From the NCBI GenBank assembly GCA_049322215.1, contig JBMORU010000001.1:65357-129356 (forward strand): DNA of 64,000 nt, written 5' to 3'. Every line of letters starts with the position of its first letter. Position 1 is the stretch's first letter. This DNA is from Patescibacteria group bacterium. GTDB lineage: Bacteria > Patescibacteriota > WWE3 > UBA101185 > UBA10185. This document shows positions 13,619 through 23,811 of the stretch, in pieces. Under the pieces are notes generated by a model. That model worked only from the letters and a program-made list of their open reading frames with translations, had not been told where the DNA came from and searched no databases. The translations under genes were made by a program, and so were the position numbers.

Positions 13619-14673
13619 AAGGTAATAACACCACCACCAATTACCAAGTCTTTTTTGTAAACTACAGCACTTTGACCTTCAGCAACACCAAATACAGGTT
13701 TTGCTAGTTTAATTGTCCAAACCCCATTATTTTCTTCAAGAGTACCTTTATGAAACTCACCTAAATGCCTAATTCTTATTAAATATTCACCACCTTCAAT
13801 AGGTCTTTCATTTATCCAATGCGAGTCTTTTATGTTAAATATGTCAAACTTACAATCCTCTTTAGTTCCAACAACAATTTGATTTTTGGGTACAATTTTT
13901 TTGACCACATATAAAGGCGCACCGTGATAAGTTTTTGTGCTAAATCCGTGTCTTTGACCAATTGTGTAAAAAGGTATTCCATCATGCTCTCCAATTACAT
14001 TACCTTCTAAATCAAGTACCTCACCTTTTTTCTCTTTAATGCGCTTTTTTAAAAAGTCAGATATTTTTACTTCGCCAATAAAACAAATACCCACGCTGTC
14101 GGGCTTATCAAAAGTATGGAGTCCTACCTTTTCTGCTGTTTTTCGAACTTCTTCTTTTTTTAACGCGCCAAGAGGAAACAGCGTTTTTTCTAATACATGT
14201 TGCTCAAGCAAATACAAAAAGTAAGACTGATCTTTGCTATCATCAACCCCCTTTAATAAATCACCATTTTGAGAGCGTGCGTAATGCCCTGTTGCCACAT
14301 AATCAAACTCATTTTCTATAGCCCAATCAAAAAACAAACCAAACTTAATTTCTTTATTGCACATTACATCGGGGTTAGGAGTACGACCTAATTCATACTC
14401 TTTGTAAAAGTAATCAATGACTCTATTTTTATAAGCTTCAATAAAATCTAAATATTCAAACTTTATACCAAGTTTAGAAGCAACTTTCACCGCATCAGCC
14501 CTATCTTCGTCGGCTTTACAACCATCTGCTTTGGAATCCCAACATTGCATATAAATTCCGGTTACATCGTAACCTTGCTCTTTTAATAAATATGCAGCAA
14601 CAGAAGAATCAACCCCACCACTGAGGCCAACTGCAACTTTTATTAAAGTATTTGCATTTTGTGCTTTCATCAA
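13615..14673 (-). CDS. mnmA: tRNA-specific 2-thiouridylase MnmA
   Basis: 352 aa. PP-loop VAVGLSGGVDSSVAAYLL, conserved CWD/CNKEIKF motifs. Confidence 0.85.
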   Translation of the reverse strand: MMKAQNANTLIKVAVGLSGGVDSSVAAYLLKEQGYDVTGIYMQCWDSKADGCKADEDRADAVKVASKLGIKFEYLDFIEAYKNRVIDYFYKEYELGRTPNPDVMCNKEIKFGLFFDWAIENEFDYVATGHYARSQNGDLLKGVDDSKDQSYFLYLLEQHVLEKTLFPLGALKKEEVRKTAEKVGLHTFDKPDSVGICFIGEVKISDFLKKRIKEKKGEVLDLEGNVIGEHDGIPFYTIGQRHGFSTKTYHGAPLYVVKKIVPKNQIVVGTKEDCKFDIFNIKDSHWINERPIEGGEYLIRIRHLGEFHKGTLEENNGVWTIKLAKPVFGVAEGQSAVVYKKDLVIGGGVITF

Positions 14674-14701
14674 ATGAAATTATACACGTGTGTAATAATT
14701 A

Positions 14702-15187
14702 TTAAGGTAAAGAAATATCACATTTAGCAGCAGCTACCGTCATAACTTCGATTTCTTCTTTTATTATGCCTAAGGCTTCATCAAAACTTAATTTTCTATA
14801 GTTATGCGGAAAATAGTGAAAAACCTGATTTCTACCCTTTTTCCATACTTGCCAAAGTTTATCGGTAACGTCAGCGCCCCCTTTATCGTGTAAACATAGC
14901 TTTTGATAAATAGAAGTGTGTTCTTTCATAAACATGGGGTTTAAAATGCGCCCTATTCTTATTGAATCACCATAATATTCATCTTCTTTTATTAAATCTA
15001 AATCAAGAAAAAGTTGCTTTAAAAAGCCTTCATAAGCTTTTGAAAAAGGAAATACCAAAAAGGAGTAATCAGAAACACTTTTAAAGTGTACAACGTCGGT
15101 GAGCAATTGTTCCCCATCGAGTATTAGTTCTCTTTGATCTTCAGCCAAGTACTGCCAAAGATGTGATTTTTTATCTACTACTTCCAC
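14702..15187 (-). CDS. hypothetical protein (161 aa) with a C-terminal R-x4-H-Y motif (HEPN-like?)
   Basis: ORF, predicted mostly helical. GRNQVFHYFPH near the C-terminus resembles the Rx4-6H HEPN signature. This is a weak assignment. Confidence 0.45.
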   Translation of the reverse strand: MEVVDKKSHLWQYLAEDQRELILDGEQLLTDVVHFKSVSDYSFLVFPFSKAYEGFLKQLFLDLDLIKEDEYYGDSIRIGRILNPMFMKEHTSIYQKLCLHDKGGADVTDKLWQVWKKGRNQVFHYFPHNYRKLSFDEALGIIKEEIEVMTVAAAKCDISLP

Positions 15188-15273
15188 GAAAGAATCTTAG
15201 CATAAAAAAAATGCCGTAGAAAATATATATAGTTTTTAGCTACATATACCTTTTACGGCATTTGATGTTGAAA

Positions 15274-15969
15274 CTAACCGTGAGCTTCCTGCCGGTTGGC
15301 TTCAAACAGTTGAATCAATTGCCCAGCTTGATGCATACTAAGTCTGCTAATGAACATACGCCACACAATCGGGTTTCCCATTGCGTTTAGAGCATTGAAC
15401 AGCAAATCAGGATCAATTTGTCGCATCATTTTGTCTAGTCTTTTGGCAGCCTGCAGTTGATTTTCAGTAACCACCCCGTAGGCATCCATTTCTTCTTGCA
15501 AACGGATCTCACCATAGGTCAAACCGGCCAACTTTGCAGCAAACCCGTGGTAACCATGCCCTACAATTGTGTAGTACACGTCAAAACGACCCAAGCGCAC
15601 GTCTGGTCTAATCTGCCCCTGTTGGTAGCCAAAATTATCCACCTGGGTCAACTCCTCTACAAGCCCAAACCATGCCGTATGACCATGATTAGCACGCAAC
15701 CCATCCAAGTGTTTTTTCCACCACTCAAACGCGCGTTCCTCAATTGACTTCGGATCGGTTTGCGTAGGGCCAGCATAAGACTCCAGCACCATCAAAACCT
15801 GGTCCAAAACATTACGTTCAGCCGCATTCATCGCAGCGTTGAACAAATTCGGTTTTTTGGGATCTGCGTTCAAAATTTGTAATGCGGCAGCCTGATCTTC
15901 TTCATTTGCCCGGTTAAACAGCTTCCCCAATTTCTTCTTCAACATTGCAGTTTTCATTACGGTTTTCAT
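15274..15969 (-). CDS. hypothetical protein (231 aa) in locally GC-richer DNA
   Basis: Long ORF with conspicuously higher GC than neighbours. No signal peptide and no family recognised. Confidence 0.5.
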   Translation of the reverse strand: MKTVMKTAMLKKKLGKLFNRANEEDQAAALQILNADPKKPNLFNAAMNAAERNVLDQVLMVLESYAGPTQTDPKSIEERAFEWWKKHLDGLRANHGHTAWFGLVEELTQVDNFGYQQGQIRPDVRLGRFDVYYTIVGHGYHGFAAKLAGLTYGEIRLQEEMDAYGVVTENQLQAAKRLDKMMRQIDPDLLFNALNAMGNPIVWRMFISRLSMHQAGQLIQLFEANRQEAHG

Positions 15970-16111
15970 TTTTTAATCTCCTTATGATCTGTATATGAAA
16001 ATGAAACGATATTGCTGTAAATTATACTATAGGTCTGCATAGTTGGCAATAGAAAACACTCTTACAACAAGCTTATAAAGGTTTTCTACAATTAGCTTCA
16101 AATTACTATAA

Positions 16112-18565
16112 CTACTTTTCTTCTGTAAATAAAAAGTGAGTACTTAACTCAATCACAGCAAATAATAAAAAGGCCATACCTAAAGCAACAAACCAATAAG
16201 TACCTATGGGAACAAGCCCGAAAAATTCACGTGTAGCGGCAGTAGAAAAAGGTACAAATTGCAAAAGTGCGCCACCAATTACGGCTAAAACTAACCACTT
16301 GTTGCCGAATAGGCTTTCTTTCCAAAACGGCTGGCTTAATGTTCTAACAGAAAACACGTAAATTAAAGAATTAATACCTAAAGAAACAAAAGTAACCGAT
16401 TGAGCTAAAAGTAAGTCTTGGGATGTTGTGTAAACGTACCAAAATATTAAAAATGCAAATACGCCTCCAACAACAGATACAAGGGCAATAAGCTTAGTCA
16501 TCCATTTAGCCACTAAAAGCTCTTTAGGGGAGCGTGGAGGCTTTTGCATTATGCCTTTTGACTTAGGATCAATAGTTAACGCTAAGCTAGGAAAGCCGTC
16601 GGAAATTAAGTTTACCCAAAGTATTTGAGAGGCTGTAACAGGAAGAACCGGCAAAAATAATAATGCAAGTAAAATAGTTAAAATTGCTTGAAAAGCATCA
16701 CTCATTAAATACAAAATTATTTTACGGATATTATCAAAAATACCTCGTCCTTCTTCAATTGCTGCAATAATTGTTGAAAAGCTGGAATCTAGTAAAACCA
16801 AATCCGCAGACTCTTTAGCTACATCACTTGCCTCACCAACCACTATACCAATATCTGCTTTAGATACAGCAGGGGCATCATTTACACCATCACCTGTCAT
16901 TGCAACCACCTCACCAGTACGTTTTAGTGATTCAATGATTTTTAATTTTTGATCGGGAGTAGTTCTTGCAAAAAGTTTAATTTTGTCGCCGTCAGATACT
17001 TCTGCATCTATTTGTGTATTAGACATGTTACGAAGTTCTGAACCTAAAACTATGTTGTCATCGCTTATGTGCAAACCAAGTTGCTGCATTACTGCCATAG
17101 CTGTTTTAGAGTAATCTCCTGTAATAACAAATATTCTAATTCCTGCATCCATAGCTTTTTGTAGTGCATTAGAAACATCTTCACGAACAGGATCAGAAAA
17201 AGCCAACATACCAATAAAAGTTAAATTTCCACTCGTTATATCGTTAATCTCAAGTCCGGTTTTACTATTGTTCTCGCGTTTTTGTGCAAATCCAATTACA
17301 CGTTTACCTTGAGCAGATAAGCTTTCTACCTTTTGTCGGTAAGAGTCCTTTTCTTCATGAGATAGTGTAGATAAATTTATCAGCTTTTCAGGAGCACCAT
17401 TTACAAAAATTAAGTTACTCTCATTGTCAAAATCGTTTAGAGAAGCAAAAAACATGTTGTCTGAATTAAACGGCAGGCTATCTAAACGCTTATATTTAGA
17501 AGTTATTTCCCCAGTATCAACAAGTTTACTTTTTCCCCATTCGGCAGCTGCTATAACAATTGGATCATCTAAATCATTAGCAACTAAAACTTGTAAAGCT
17601 AATATGTCTTCGTCACCTATAATATCTACAACAGACATAGAGCCTTTTGTTAAAGTGCCCGTTTTATCCACACAAATGCAGGTAACGCCACCTAAGGTTT
17701 CTGCAGATACTAAGTTTCTAACTAAACCTTTACGCTTTAAAATACGCTGCATTCCTATAGCCAAAACTACAGTTAAAGCAACTAATAAGCCCTCGGGAAT
17801 AGCAGAAACAGCTAAAGCAACGGATGTAGTAAAAATTTGTGCAGGTGAGTTTCCAAAAAGTATTCCGGTAATGAAGACTAATACGCTTAAACCAAGCACT
17901 ACATACGTTAACTGCTTACTAAACTTTTCCAGCTGACGTTTTAATGGAGTCGATTCTTTGAGCTCCTGTACGCTAATGGCAATTTTACCCATTTCAGTGT
18001 GTTCTCCAGTTACTGAAACCTTCATTAACCCGCGACCACCCGAAGCCACGGTTCCCATATAAACAATGTCTCCCATTTCTTTTGTAACAGGCACAGATTC
18101 ACCTGTTAAAATTGCTTCAGTCAAATATAAACGGTTTGCTTCAACAAGTTCACCATCTGCAGAAATTTTGTCTCCCTGGTTTATAACAACTAAATCACCA
18201 GGAACAATTTCACCCACAGGAATAGTGACTTGTTCACCATTTCTTATAACGTTAGCCTGAGGATGCAGCATGCGCTTAAGAGCCTCTAAGGCTTCTCCAG
18301 CACGTTTTTCTTGATAAAAACCTAAAACTGTATTTAAAAGCACTGCAATAAGAATAATATAGGTATCTTCATGATCACCTAACCACCATGTAATAACTGC
18401 GGCCACTATTAAAATGTAAACAAGGGGACTTTTAAGCTGTGATAAAAATATTACTAAACCACTAGGTGGCGGATTTTCGGGCAATAAATTAGGACCGTAT
18501 TCTTTTAAACGTTTTTGAGCTTCTTGTGTGCTTAAACCCTTTAAATCTGTTTCTTGCATAGACAT
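16112..18565 (-). CDS. P-type cation-transporting ATPase, Ca2+-ATPase-like (type II)
   Basis: 817 aa. DKTGTLT phosphorylation motif, PEGL motif, TGDGVNDAPA hinge and 8-10 predicted TM helices. Confidence 0.85.
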   Translation of the reverse strand: MSMQETDLKGLSTQEAQKRLKEYGPNLLPENPPPSGLVIFLSQLKSPLVYILIVAAVITWWLGDHEDTYIILIAVLLNTVLGFYQEKRAGEALEALKRMLHPQANVIRNGEQVTIPVGEIVPGDLVVINQGDKISADGELVEANRLYLTEAILTGESVPVTKEMGDIVYMGTVASGGRGLMKVSVTGEHTEMGKIAISVQELKESTPLKRQLEKFSKQLTYVVLGLSVLVFITGILFGNSPAQIFTTSVALAVSAIPEGLLVALTVVLAIGMQRILKRKGLVRNLVSAETLGGVTCICVDKTGTLTKGSMSVVDIIGDEDILALQVLVANDLDDPIVIAAAEWGKSKLVDTGEITSKYKRLDSLPFNSDNMFFASLNDFDNESNLIFVNGAPEKLINLSTLSHEEKDSYRQKVESLSAQGKRVIGFAQKRENNSKTGLEINDITSGNLTFIGMLAFSDPVREDVSNALQKAMDAGIRIFVITGDYSKTAMAVMQQLGLHISDDNIVLGSELRNMSNTQIDAEVSDGDKIKLFARTTPDQKLKIIESLKRTGEVVAMTGDGVNDAPAVSKADIGIVVGEASDVAKESADLVLLDSSFSTIIAAIEEGRGIFDNIRKIILYLMSDAFQAILTILLALLFLPVLPVTASQILWVNLISDGFPSLALTIDPKSKGIMQKPPRSPKELLVAKWMTKLIALVSVVGGVFAFLIFWYVYTTSQDLLLAQSVTFVSLGINSLIYVFSVRTLSQPFWKESLFGNKWLVLAVIGGALLQFVPFSTAATREFFGLVPIGTYWFVALGMAFLLFAVIELSTHFLFTEEK

Positions 18566-18628
18566 GTAATAATGCTAGCACAAAAAAAGACCGGGCAATA
18601 TGTAAGGGTTACACACTGCCCGAGTAAG

Positions 18629-18994
18629 TTAGCGCTTTCCTGCCAAAGTAAAAAAAGTTAGAACGTAAATTGCAATGAACACAAACATGTAAACCACAAT
18701 ACGCTCAAACATTGATATTCCTGGAGGAAAAAGCATACTTAGAAAAAAACATCCAGAGAAGTACATGGTAACCCATAAAAACAACAGCTGACTCACACCC
18801 GGATCTTTATAATCTCCCATCATATCTGTTGCCTGTTTATCTATACTTTTAAACATGTTGAAGTCGTTTTGATCCATGTTGAACCACTTCACAATTAGAT
18901 AATAATAAACTAAGCGAGAAAAATGAAGACCCAAGTACAAACCTATCAGCATTAGCATCCAGTCAAAGGGATAGTTTATTTCAAGCATTCGCAC
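18629..18994 (-). CDS. hypothetical membrane protein (121 aa)
   Basis: ORF with 3-4 hydrophobic segments. No family recognised. Confidence 0.45.
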   Translation of the reverse strand: MRMLEINYPFDWMLMLIGLYLGLHFSRLVYYYLIVKWFNMDQNDFNMFKSIDKQATDMMGDYKDPGVSQLLFLWVTMYFSGCFFLSMLFPPGISMFERIVVYMFVFIAIYVLTFFTLAGKR

Positions 18995-19103
18995 TCTCCT
19001 AACATAACGTTTTTGGTATGTTAGTTGGATTATAACCTTATAGTTGAAATAATAACAAATTGTATATATAATTGTACCCTATAGCAAAATCACGTTAAGG
19101 AGA

Positions 19104-19517
19104 TTGATAATGACTCAAAAAACAAAGCAACAACCAAAGGGTAGTGGCACTTTCTTGCTTTTCCAACTAGGGTTAGCGTCAAGTGTTGCGAGCCTAATTT
19201 TTGCTTTTTTGGTGGGATGGACAATGCCCGGATATGTGCATAAGTTCATTGTGTCAATGATTCTAGTAAATGTTCCTTTGCTAACCATGTGGATGCCCTA
19301 CATGCACCGGGATCAAGACAACCTACTAGCTTCAAAAAATATAAGCACCGTAGGGGTTTTTATCTATGGCATGGGCGTATTGGGAATCGTTGGAATTGGA
19401 CACTGGTTGCGGTTTTTCGAAACATCCAGCAACCTCTCCAATCTTGGACTGGTAACCTGCATTTTATTGTACGCAGTGGGGCTCACTATGTTTACCACCA
19501 AACTCCGCAAAAACTAA
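19104..19517 (+). CDS. hypothetical membrane protein (137 aa)
   Basis: ORF with 4 hydrophobic segments. No family recognised. Confidence 0.45.
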   Translation: MIMTQKTKQQPKGSGTFLLFQLGLASSVASLIFAFLVGWTMPGYVHKFIVSMILVNVPLLTMWMPYMHRDQDNLLASKNISTVGVFIYGMGVLGIVGIGHWLRFFETSSNLSNLGLVTCILLYAVGLTMFTTKLRKN

Positions 19518-19535
19518 TCACCTAAAATCCATGTT

Positions 19536-20555
19536 TTGAGAAACAAAAAAACTCTCAAAACATGGATTACCTTTACACTGCAAAAAAAATCACGCATTAT
19601 TAATATTATGGAACCTGTGCTTTACATATTTTTGATACTTGTTGCGTGTGGTGTTTTAATAAAAGCGGTAAATGCCTTTATTGAATCTTCAACTATTATT
19701 GCTCATCACCTCAATATATCTACATATACAATTAGTTTTTTAATAATATCTATAGCTACATCATTACCCGAACTAGTCGTTGGAATTAATTCTGGATTAA
19801 GCGGCAACCCAATTTTAGCTTATGGTGCTGTAATAGGATCAAATATTGCACTACTAACTTTAGTAATTGCTATACCTGTTTTACTAGGAGAAACGCTTTC
19901 AACTAACACCATTCTTTATAATAAAGATGCTTATTTAGGAGCTTTATTTACTATTATGCCACTTGCAATGTCTATAGATGGTAAATTAACACGAATTGAC
20001 GGCCTACTGTTACTAAGCGGATATGTAATTTACTTTATAGCTGTTTTAAAAAGAGGAAGTTTTTTTGAAAACCTTATAGAAAAATTTGAACATAGAAATA
20101 TGTGGAAACAAGGAACTTTATTTGTTGGATCCTTACTAGTAGTACTTGCTGCAAGCGAAGTTATTGTAGAATCAGCGCTGAATTTAAGTACATTAGTTGC
20201 ATTAGAATTAGGCTTTATAGGACTTTCTATAACGGCTTTAGGAACATCCTTACCTGAAATTGCTTACACTGTTTCAGCTTCGAAGCGTATTCATAAAGAC
20301 AGCGCACTGGGAGATATAATTGGAAGCGTAATTGCTAATTCTACAGCGGTACTAGGTACCGTGGCTGTAATAAAACCTATAATAATAACTAATGCCACCG
20401 TAGGTTTATCTTCGTTAACATTTTTGCTATTCACTATTTTGTTATTTTTGAGATTTGTAAAAACTAAAGAAACACTTGATAAAAAGGAAGCGTTACTTTT
20501 ATTTGTAATTTATATCGCCTTTATAATTTTTGAATATCAAATGCAATTAAAGTAG
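19536..20555 (+). CDS. Na+/Ca2+ exchanger family (CaCA, YrbG-like) membrane transporter
   Basis: 339 aa with two alpha-repeat signatures, GTSLPELVV and GTSLPEIAYTVSA. The true start may be the internal MEPVLYIF. Confidence 0.75.
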   Translation: MRNKKTLKTWITFTLQKKSRIINIMEPVLYIFLILVACGVLIKAVNAFIESSTIIAHHLNISTYTISFLIISIATSLPELVVGINSGLSGNPILAYGAVIGSNIALLTLVIAIPVLLGETLSTNTILYNKDAYLGALFTIMPLAMSIDGKLTRIDGLLLLSGYVIYFIAVLKRGSFFENLIEKFEHRNMWKQGTLFVGSLLVVLAASEVIVESALNLSTLVALELGFIGLSITALGTSLPEIAYTVSASKRIHKDSALGDIIGSVIANSTAVLGTVAVIKPIIITNATVGLSSLTFLLFTILLFLRFVKTKETLDKKEALLLFVIYIAFIIFEYQMQLK

Positions 20556-20556
20556 T

Positions 20557-21831
20557 TTACTCTAAAGCCCCAGTATCAGTATAAATACCGAAATCATAAA
20601 GCGAAGGAAGTCCTGGGAAACGTCTATAAACTGTAACTGACTTAGTTGGCTGATCCCCCGCAACGTCATTTGTTATACTTCCCGTCGAAGTTATTTTATA
20701 CCCTTGAACAGGCAACCCATTGGAATCTTGCGTAGGAAACAAAACCATTTTTGCAGATTCATTAATAGTGCGTAATCTTAAATGGGTTATGTTGTTATCC
20801 ATAGTAATTATATGCCCATCGTAATTTTCGTACCCAACATGGTTGCAAGTACTTGCACTTTCAAAGTTATTTTCATAATCAATTGGAAATCTATTTATGC
20901 GATCGTTACTTGCAACACCATTTTTTTCCATTTCTACAGGCAACTCTGGTAGAGTTATATCTAATTTTCCAACAATATTTACATCATTAATCAATAAGTC
21001 TTCTTGAGTTCCAGAAAAACACTCGGCAGCAGGATACTGGGCTTGTTTTGTAGTATTAAAAGATCCTGATGAAATGTAAAAGGTGACATCCTCGCTGGCA
21101 ATGCTTGATACAGAAGTTGGGAGTTCCCAATATATAGATTCGCCGGGTAAAACCGCTTGCTCTTGCCCATCAATACCTAAAGACTCAACGCTTGCTATTA
21201 CATCAAATTCACAGCTAGCTTGGTTTGAATCAAAGTTCACAAAAGAGGCATATACAATACCATTTCCGTCTGCAGTGCATGCAGAAGAAGCCCAATAGTC
21301 CACAAAACATCCAGAGCGTATTTCTGTACCAACGTCATTTGCTGAATAAGAAGTATAGTACAAATCACTACCGTTGTTTGTATTAACTGACTGCCAACAC
21401 ACCTCTATAGAATTAGAAGCATAAGAGCCCATGCGTACATCATACGTTTGGCCATTTTCAGCAGTAAAATCAAAACCATTTGGGTACTGAGTACTACCAA
21501 AATAATCAACAGTAACTGAAGCATTAGTAAAAATAGGATCTGTAGAACTTTGTCCGGAACTGTAATCAATTACTGTAACATCTCCGGAATCTGCTAACGT
21601 TGCAAGCTCATTAAAAGGGCGAACTAAAAAGTTTTCTATTCCACCTTCGGCTGCGGCCAAAACACGCGCAGAAGTGTCAGTGTTTGTTACTCTAGAAACA
21701 GTGGACAATGTGCGTAACGAAATACCAACACCTAAAGCTAAAGCTATAACCATAACCGCTACAGCAAAGGCAAGAGCCTGTCCTTTTTCATTATTCACTA
21801 ATTTATTATTTTTCATTTTCCGTACTCCCAA
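20557..21831 (-). CDS. Secreted Cys-containing protein with a prepilin-type (class III signal-like) N-terminus; putative minor pilin or adhesin
   Basis: 424 aa. N-terminus is a K/N-rich leader, then G, then a hydrophobic helix (NEKGQALAFAVAVMVIALALGVG). Ser/Thr/Asn-rich extracellular region with paired Cys. Confidence 0.5.
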   Translation of the reverse strand: MGVRKMKNNKLVNNEKGQALAFAVAVMVIALALGVGISLRTLSTVSRVTNTDTSARVLAAAEGGIENFLVRPFNELATLADSGDVTVIDYSSGQSSTDPIFTNASVTVDYFGSTQYPNGFDFTAENGQTYDVRMGSYASNSIEVCWQSVNTNNGSDLYYTSYSANDVGTEIRSGCFVDYWASSACTADGNGIVYASFVNFDSNQASCEFDVIASVESLGIDGQEQAVLPGESIYWELPTSVSSIASEDVTFYISSGSFNTTKQAQYPAAECFSGTQEDLLINDVNIVGKLDITLPELPVEMEKNGVASNDRINRFPIDYENNFESASTCNHVGYENYDGHIITMDNNITHLRLRTINESAKMVLFPTQDSNGLPVQGYKITSTGSITNDVAGDQPTKSVTVYRRFPGLPSLYDFGIYTDTGALE

Positions 21832-23771
21832 GTTAAACCTTCTTGAAATAAACCAGAATAATTTCTGTTTAAATTATCTTCACTTAACTCCTGTTTTACT
21901 AACTGTAGGTAGTAATAAGGATTATACTTCACAACTTCCACAGGTAATTCGTTTCGTGCACGTCCATCACGTGCAAAAATCACAGTACCCTCTTTAGATA
22001 TTAAAGGACTTTCTACAATAATTGGTAAATCAAAAATTATGTCAGCGTCATTAGCCCCTAATTGACTACTAAAAACTATATTTCCATTAACAATAAAAGA
22101 GGCCTCTATATTAGGTCTTGTGGTGGGTAAGGGATAAATAGTGTTTAAAGTAGAATCAAATATAACCGATCTGCTTACTACAAATATAATGCGCTGATAT
22201 GGAGAAACAGAATGTATGTTTTTATTTATATTCAAGTCACCATCTGTAACATAAATTACTACAACACCATTTTTCGATAACGAATAAGTTGCGGTTTCTG
22301 AAGCACCGTTTAGTGCACCTTCTATACAAGAGGAACTAGCTTTATAAGCGCGCATAGGGTTAAGCTTTTCATCTTCCTTGTTTGTGCTAAACATAGTATT
22401 ACAACTAATACCAAGTTCGTTATCTTCAATGCTTATTGCACCAACTGGGGGCTTAAAATTATATGAAGTAGGCCATGTAGCAACTTGAGATCTAATATTT
22501 TTCTGGTATCTATTATTGTCTTCGGAGTAACGGTCTTCGCCGTCGGGATTAACTACACTCAAATCTCTATTGCCAAATACTGTGCCTATCTGCTGTATTA
22601 AATAAGTTTTAAACGTATCGGTACCTAATACAATGTCTGAAGGAATTTCTGCATCTACACTGTGGAAACAATCAGAACAACCCCCATATATATCTCCAAA
22701 TAAAGAGGTAAACCACCCTGTAGATACAAGTTCGTAACCTAAGTTAATATTTTCAGACAAATCGTCTATATCTTTAATAGCACAGGCACTGGTTTGTACA
22801 CCGGAATCACTATTATCCACACATTTTAATCTATAAAAAGCATTTGGAGTGCTAGTTGGCGTTGAAACACTTCCACAAATAACACTATTATCTGCAATTG
22901 GAACATTGTTTATTTCATAACTGTAACCGCTAAAATCATTAGGATCCCAAGTACCATAAATATTTGGATCTCCTGAAACGAAAACTTCTACACCATCTTC
23001 TACATCATTAGGTTGAATTTCTAGAGAATTCTTGTCAGTGTCAGATATATTACAAGAGCTATCAGTGGCATCCCAAATTAGTCCTCTAATACGTGACAAG
23101 GAAGCAGAATCAGCGCAGTATGGAGTGCCTATAACTTTACCTTTAACTAGTCTATAGCTGTCGCTATACCAATTAATACCGGGTTCACCGTCGGGGTATG
23201 AAAACGGATTTACAGAAGGGCCTATGTGAACATCTGCCTGAATTCTACACAAACTGTCCGCGTCATCGGGTAAAAACAGTTCAAACGATGTTGATTCCCC
23301 AGGAGCCAACAATACCAAAGGTGTTTCCTCAACAAAACGCTGTAAGTTTAATCCTTCCATAGGGTCACCTCCTGCAGGTATTTCATAATAGGTTAAGCCA
23401 ACCCAATACCAACAGTTGTAAATAGTGTTGTTTTTGGCAGTACCAAATATAGAACCGCCGGTTTTAAAATCTACTGATAATGTTCCTGTAACTTCTTCTA
23501 CTCTCTTGTTTTCTTTCATATCACATATTTTAAATTGAGAGCTTTGAGTAGATGATAAATCGGGTAAGTAAGTGCGATTCACATCGTTAGTGTAATCATG
23601 GTTATCTATGATGGTATCTAACTTTATGCTTTCTGCTTGTGTGTCTGTAATAAATTCGTAGTCGTTGGTAGTTTGAGCCAAAACAGAAGAAGTGAAAAAA
23701 GAAACATAAACCAAGCCAAGAATTAAGGAATTAGAAATCGTAAAAATTATAGGCCTAGGAACAGAATTCAT
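21813..23771 (-). CDS. Large secreted hypothetical protein (652 aa), Cys-rich
   Basis: Signal peptide MNSVPRPIIFTISNSLILGLVYVSFFTSSVLAQ. No family recognised. Overlaps the downstream gene by 19 nt, implying an operon. Confidence 0.55.
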   Translation of the reverse strand: MNSVPRPIIFTISNSLILGLVYVSFFTSSVLAQTTNDYEFITDTQAESIKLDTIIDNHDYTNDVNRTYLPDLSSTQSSQFKICDMKENKRVEEVTGTLSVDFKTGGSIFGTAKNNTIYNCWYWVGLTYYEIPAGGDPMEGLNLQRFVEETPLVLLAPGESTSFELFLPDDADSLCRIQADVHIGPSVNPFSYPDGEPGINWYSDSYRLVKGKVIGTPYCADSASLSRIRGLIWDATDSSCNISDTDKNSLEIQPNDVEDGVEVFVSGDPNIYGTWDPNDFSGYSYEINNVPIADNSVICGSVSTPTSTPNAFYRLKCVDNSDSGVQTSACAIKDIDDLSENINLGYELVSTGWFTSLFGDIYGGCSDCFHSVDAEIPSDIVLGTDTFKTYLIQQIGTVFGNRDLSVVNPDGEDRYSEDNNRYQKNIRSQVATWPTSYNFKPPVGAISIEDNELGISCNTMFSTNKEDEKLNPMRAYKASSSCIEGALNGASETATYSLSKNGVVVIYVTDGDLNINKNIHSVSPYQRIIFVVSRSVIFDSTLNTIYPLPTTRPNIEASFIVNGNIVFSSQLGANDADIIFDLPIIVESPLISKEGTVIFARDGRARNELPVEVVKYNPYYYLQLVKQELSEDNLNRNYSGLFQEGLTWEYGK

Positions 23772-23811
23772 ACACTAATAATAAACACACGAAGAGAGTT
23801 TTACAATACAG

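Noticed and set aside
15208-15262. Long-range inverted repeat aaatgccgta...tacggcattt between the 161-aa and 231-aa genes
   Set aside because: The 10-bp arms are separated by an about 38-nt AT-rich loop. This is an unstable structure and probably a chance complement in AT-rich intergenic DNA.
17424-18260. 170-aa and 64-aa (+) ORFs antisense within the P-type ATPase gene
   Set aside because: Embedded antisense ORFs in a conserved gene. Ser/Thr/Pro-rich antisense composition.
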